Part shown: piece after piece, positions 62,954-64,000 of the stretch
Layout of the letters: every line of letters starts with the position of its first letter
How positions within the stretch are numbered: position 1 is the first letter of the stretch
NCBI GenBank assembly: GCA_030390025.1
Contig: CM059431.1
Span: 125,676,001 to 125,740,000 of the forward strand
Origin: Squalus acanthias
Taxonomy: Eukaryota
Length of the DNA: 64,000 nucleotides
Direction of reading: 5' to 3'
Notes under the pieces: generated by a model
What the model was told of the DNA's origin: nothing
Seen by the model: the letters and a program-made list of their open reading frames with translations, nothing else
The model's database searches: none
Translations under genes and position numbers: made by a program

Positions 62954-63552
62954 GCCGGGGACCTGGAGGCCCTGCCGATCTGAACGGCAGGTCCTTATTT
63001 AAATAAAATGCTGCAGTCTCCTGCCCGACAGCCTGGCTGGCGGGTGGGAGCACAAGCAAGTGGAAGGAGGCCACAACCAGGGACTGTGGGGGCGGTCCAC
63101 GGCAATCCGTGGGGTTTTGAAGATCGGAGCCGTGATCAAGAGTGGCGGCAGGGGGCTGAGAGGTCTTGCCATGATTGGAGGGAGGGGGGCTAATCCTGTT
63201 CAAGGGAGGCCCAAGGCTTCTTCGTGAAGCCCGGAGGAACACTCCTGCTCATTTTGACCCAAAAGAAAACCTGAAAAATAAATTTGAAACTTGCTGCTGT
63301 GCCTCTTCTGGCCCAGGATCCAGCTCCCGAAAGGTTTTGCCTGGTGGGAGAGCCGACACTGCCCCTCATCCTGCACCCCCCCCCCCTCTCACCAATCAAG
63401 CCTCTGGTTGAAGTTACAGATTGGGTCTTGATGACAACATCTGACCCAATCCGCTGTAGTCCTTGTGGTGATGGTTCTCACATGGTATGTTAGATAGGGA
63501 ATTCCAGGATTTTGGCATCATATGTCCAAGTCAGGAGGTGTGGCTTGCAATT

Positions 63553-63795
63553 CTCAACACAACCTATCTCAGACCTTCCCTTTTGTTCTTTCAACCCCTC
63601 CCCCATTTCCCAGCTCCTACACTTGCTTAAAAATCTGTTCCATTTCCTGCTTTTTTCCAGTTCTGACGAAAGGTCATCGACCTGAAACGTTAACTCTGTT
63701 TCTCTCTTCACAGATGCTGCCTGACCTGCTGAGTATCTCCAGCATTTTCTGTTTTTATTTCAGATTTCCAGCATCTACAATATTTTCTTTTTGTA
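63553..63795 (+). mobile_element. Penelope-type 3' terminal fragment
   Basis: Longer copy of the 42090-42200 sequence, with a hammerhead motif. Confidence 0.7.
63659..63695 (+). ncRNA. Minimal hammerhead motif
   Basis: agtt-CTGACGA-a-aggtc-atc-gacct-GAAA-cg-TT-aact. Confidence 0.75.
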
Positions 63796-63824
63796 GAACC
63801 TTTTTCTTACTGCTTTAAGTAAAG

Positions 63825-63940
63825 TGCCAGGAGGAGCTCCAAGAACTGCTCCTTCATTGAACAGAGCCTGGAGGTTCTGCTGGATAAGGTGACGCTGAGA
63901 AAAGTGGCATATTTAGAGATGAGGTGAACCCTCCTCATAC
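63825..63940 (+). pseudogene. Myb/SANT exon-1 relic of another Harbinger
   Basis: EQSLEVLLDKVTLRKVAYL resembles the RFSDxxLEVLLxEVxxRR motif of the other Myb genes here. Confidence 0.4.
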
Positions 63941-64000
63941 AGCAAATGTGCAGCACACAAGAGAGGATGGGAGGCTGATCAGGAATTGATCTCTCTGGAT

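Overview
Eukaryotic, repeat-dense vertebrate DNA. The repeat mix (CR1 and L2 LINEs, Penelope elements with hammerhead ribozymes, many PIF/Harbinger DNA transposons, Gypsy, long solo LTRs) suggests a cartilaginous fish, probably a shark (inference). No intact host gene is visible. The AT-rich islands between repeats carry decayed minus-strand reading frames that resemble, in collinear order, a multi-RGS-domain gene (RGS22/RGSL1-like), probably a pseudogene. Main structures: (1) two near-complete Harbinger elements with convergent transposase and Myb/SANT genes (35814-39537, 48301-54759); (2) deletion derivatives that lost the transposase but keep all or part of a 3-exon Myb/SANT gene and share deletion junctions; (3) a Gypsy element (35681-42062) with a Harbinger inside its 5' LTR and a MITE inside its body; (4) a young 5'-truncated Penelope ORF and two tiny fold-back Penelope insertions, all with about 13-bp TSDs, plus five minimal hammerhead motifs; (5) three diverged 1.4-1.7 kb solo LTRs sharing a U5 hairpin. 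All calls are by eye. Boundaries without a TIR or TSD are approximate, and family names are not database-verified.
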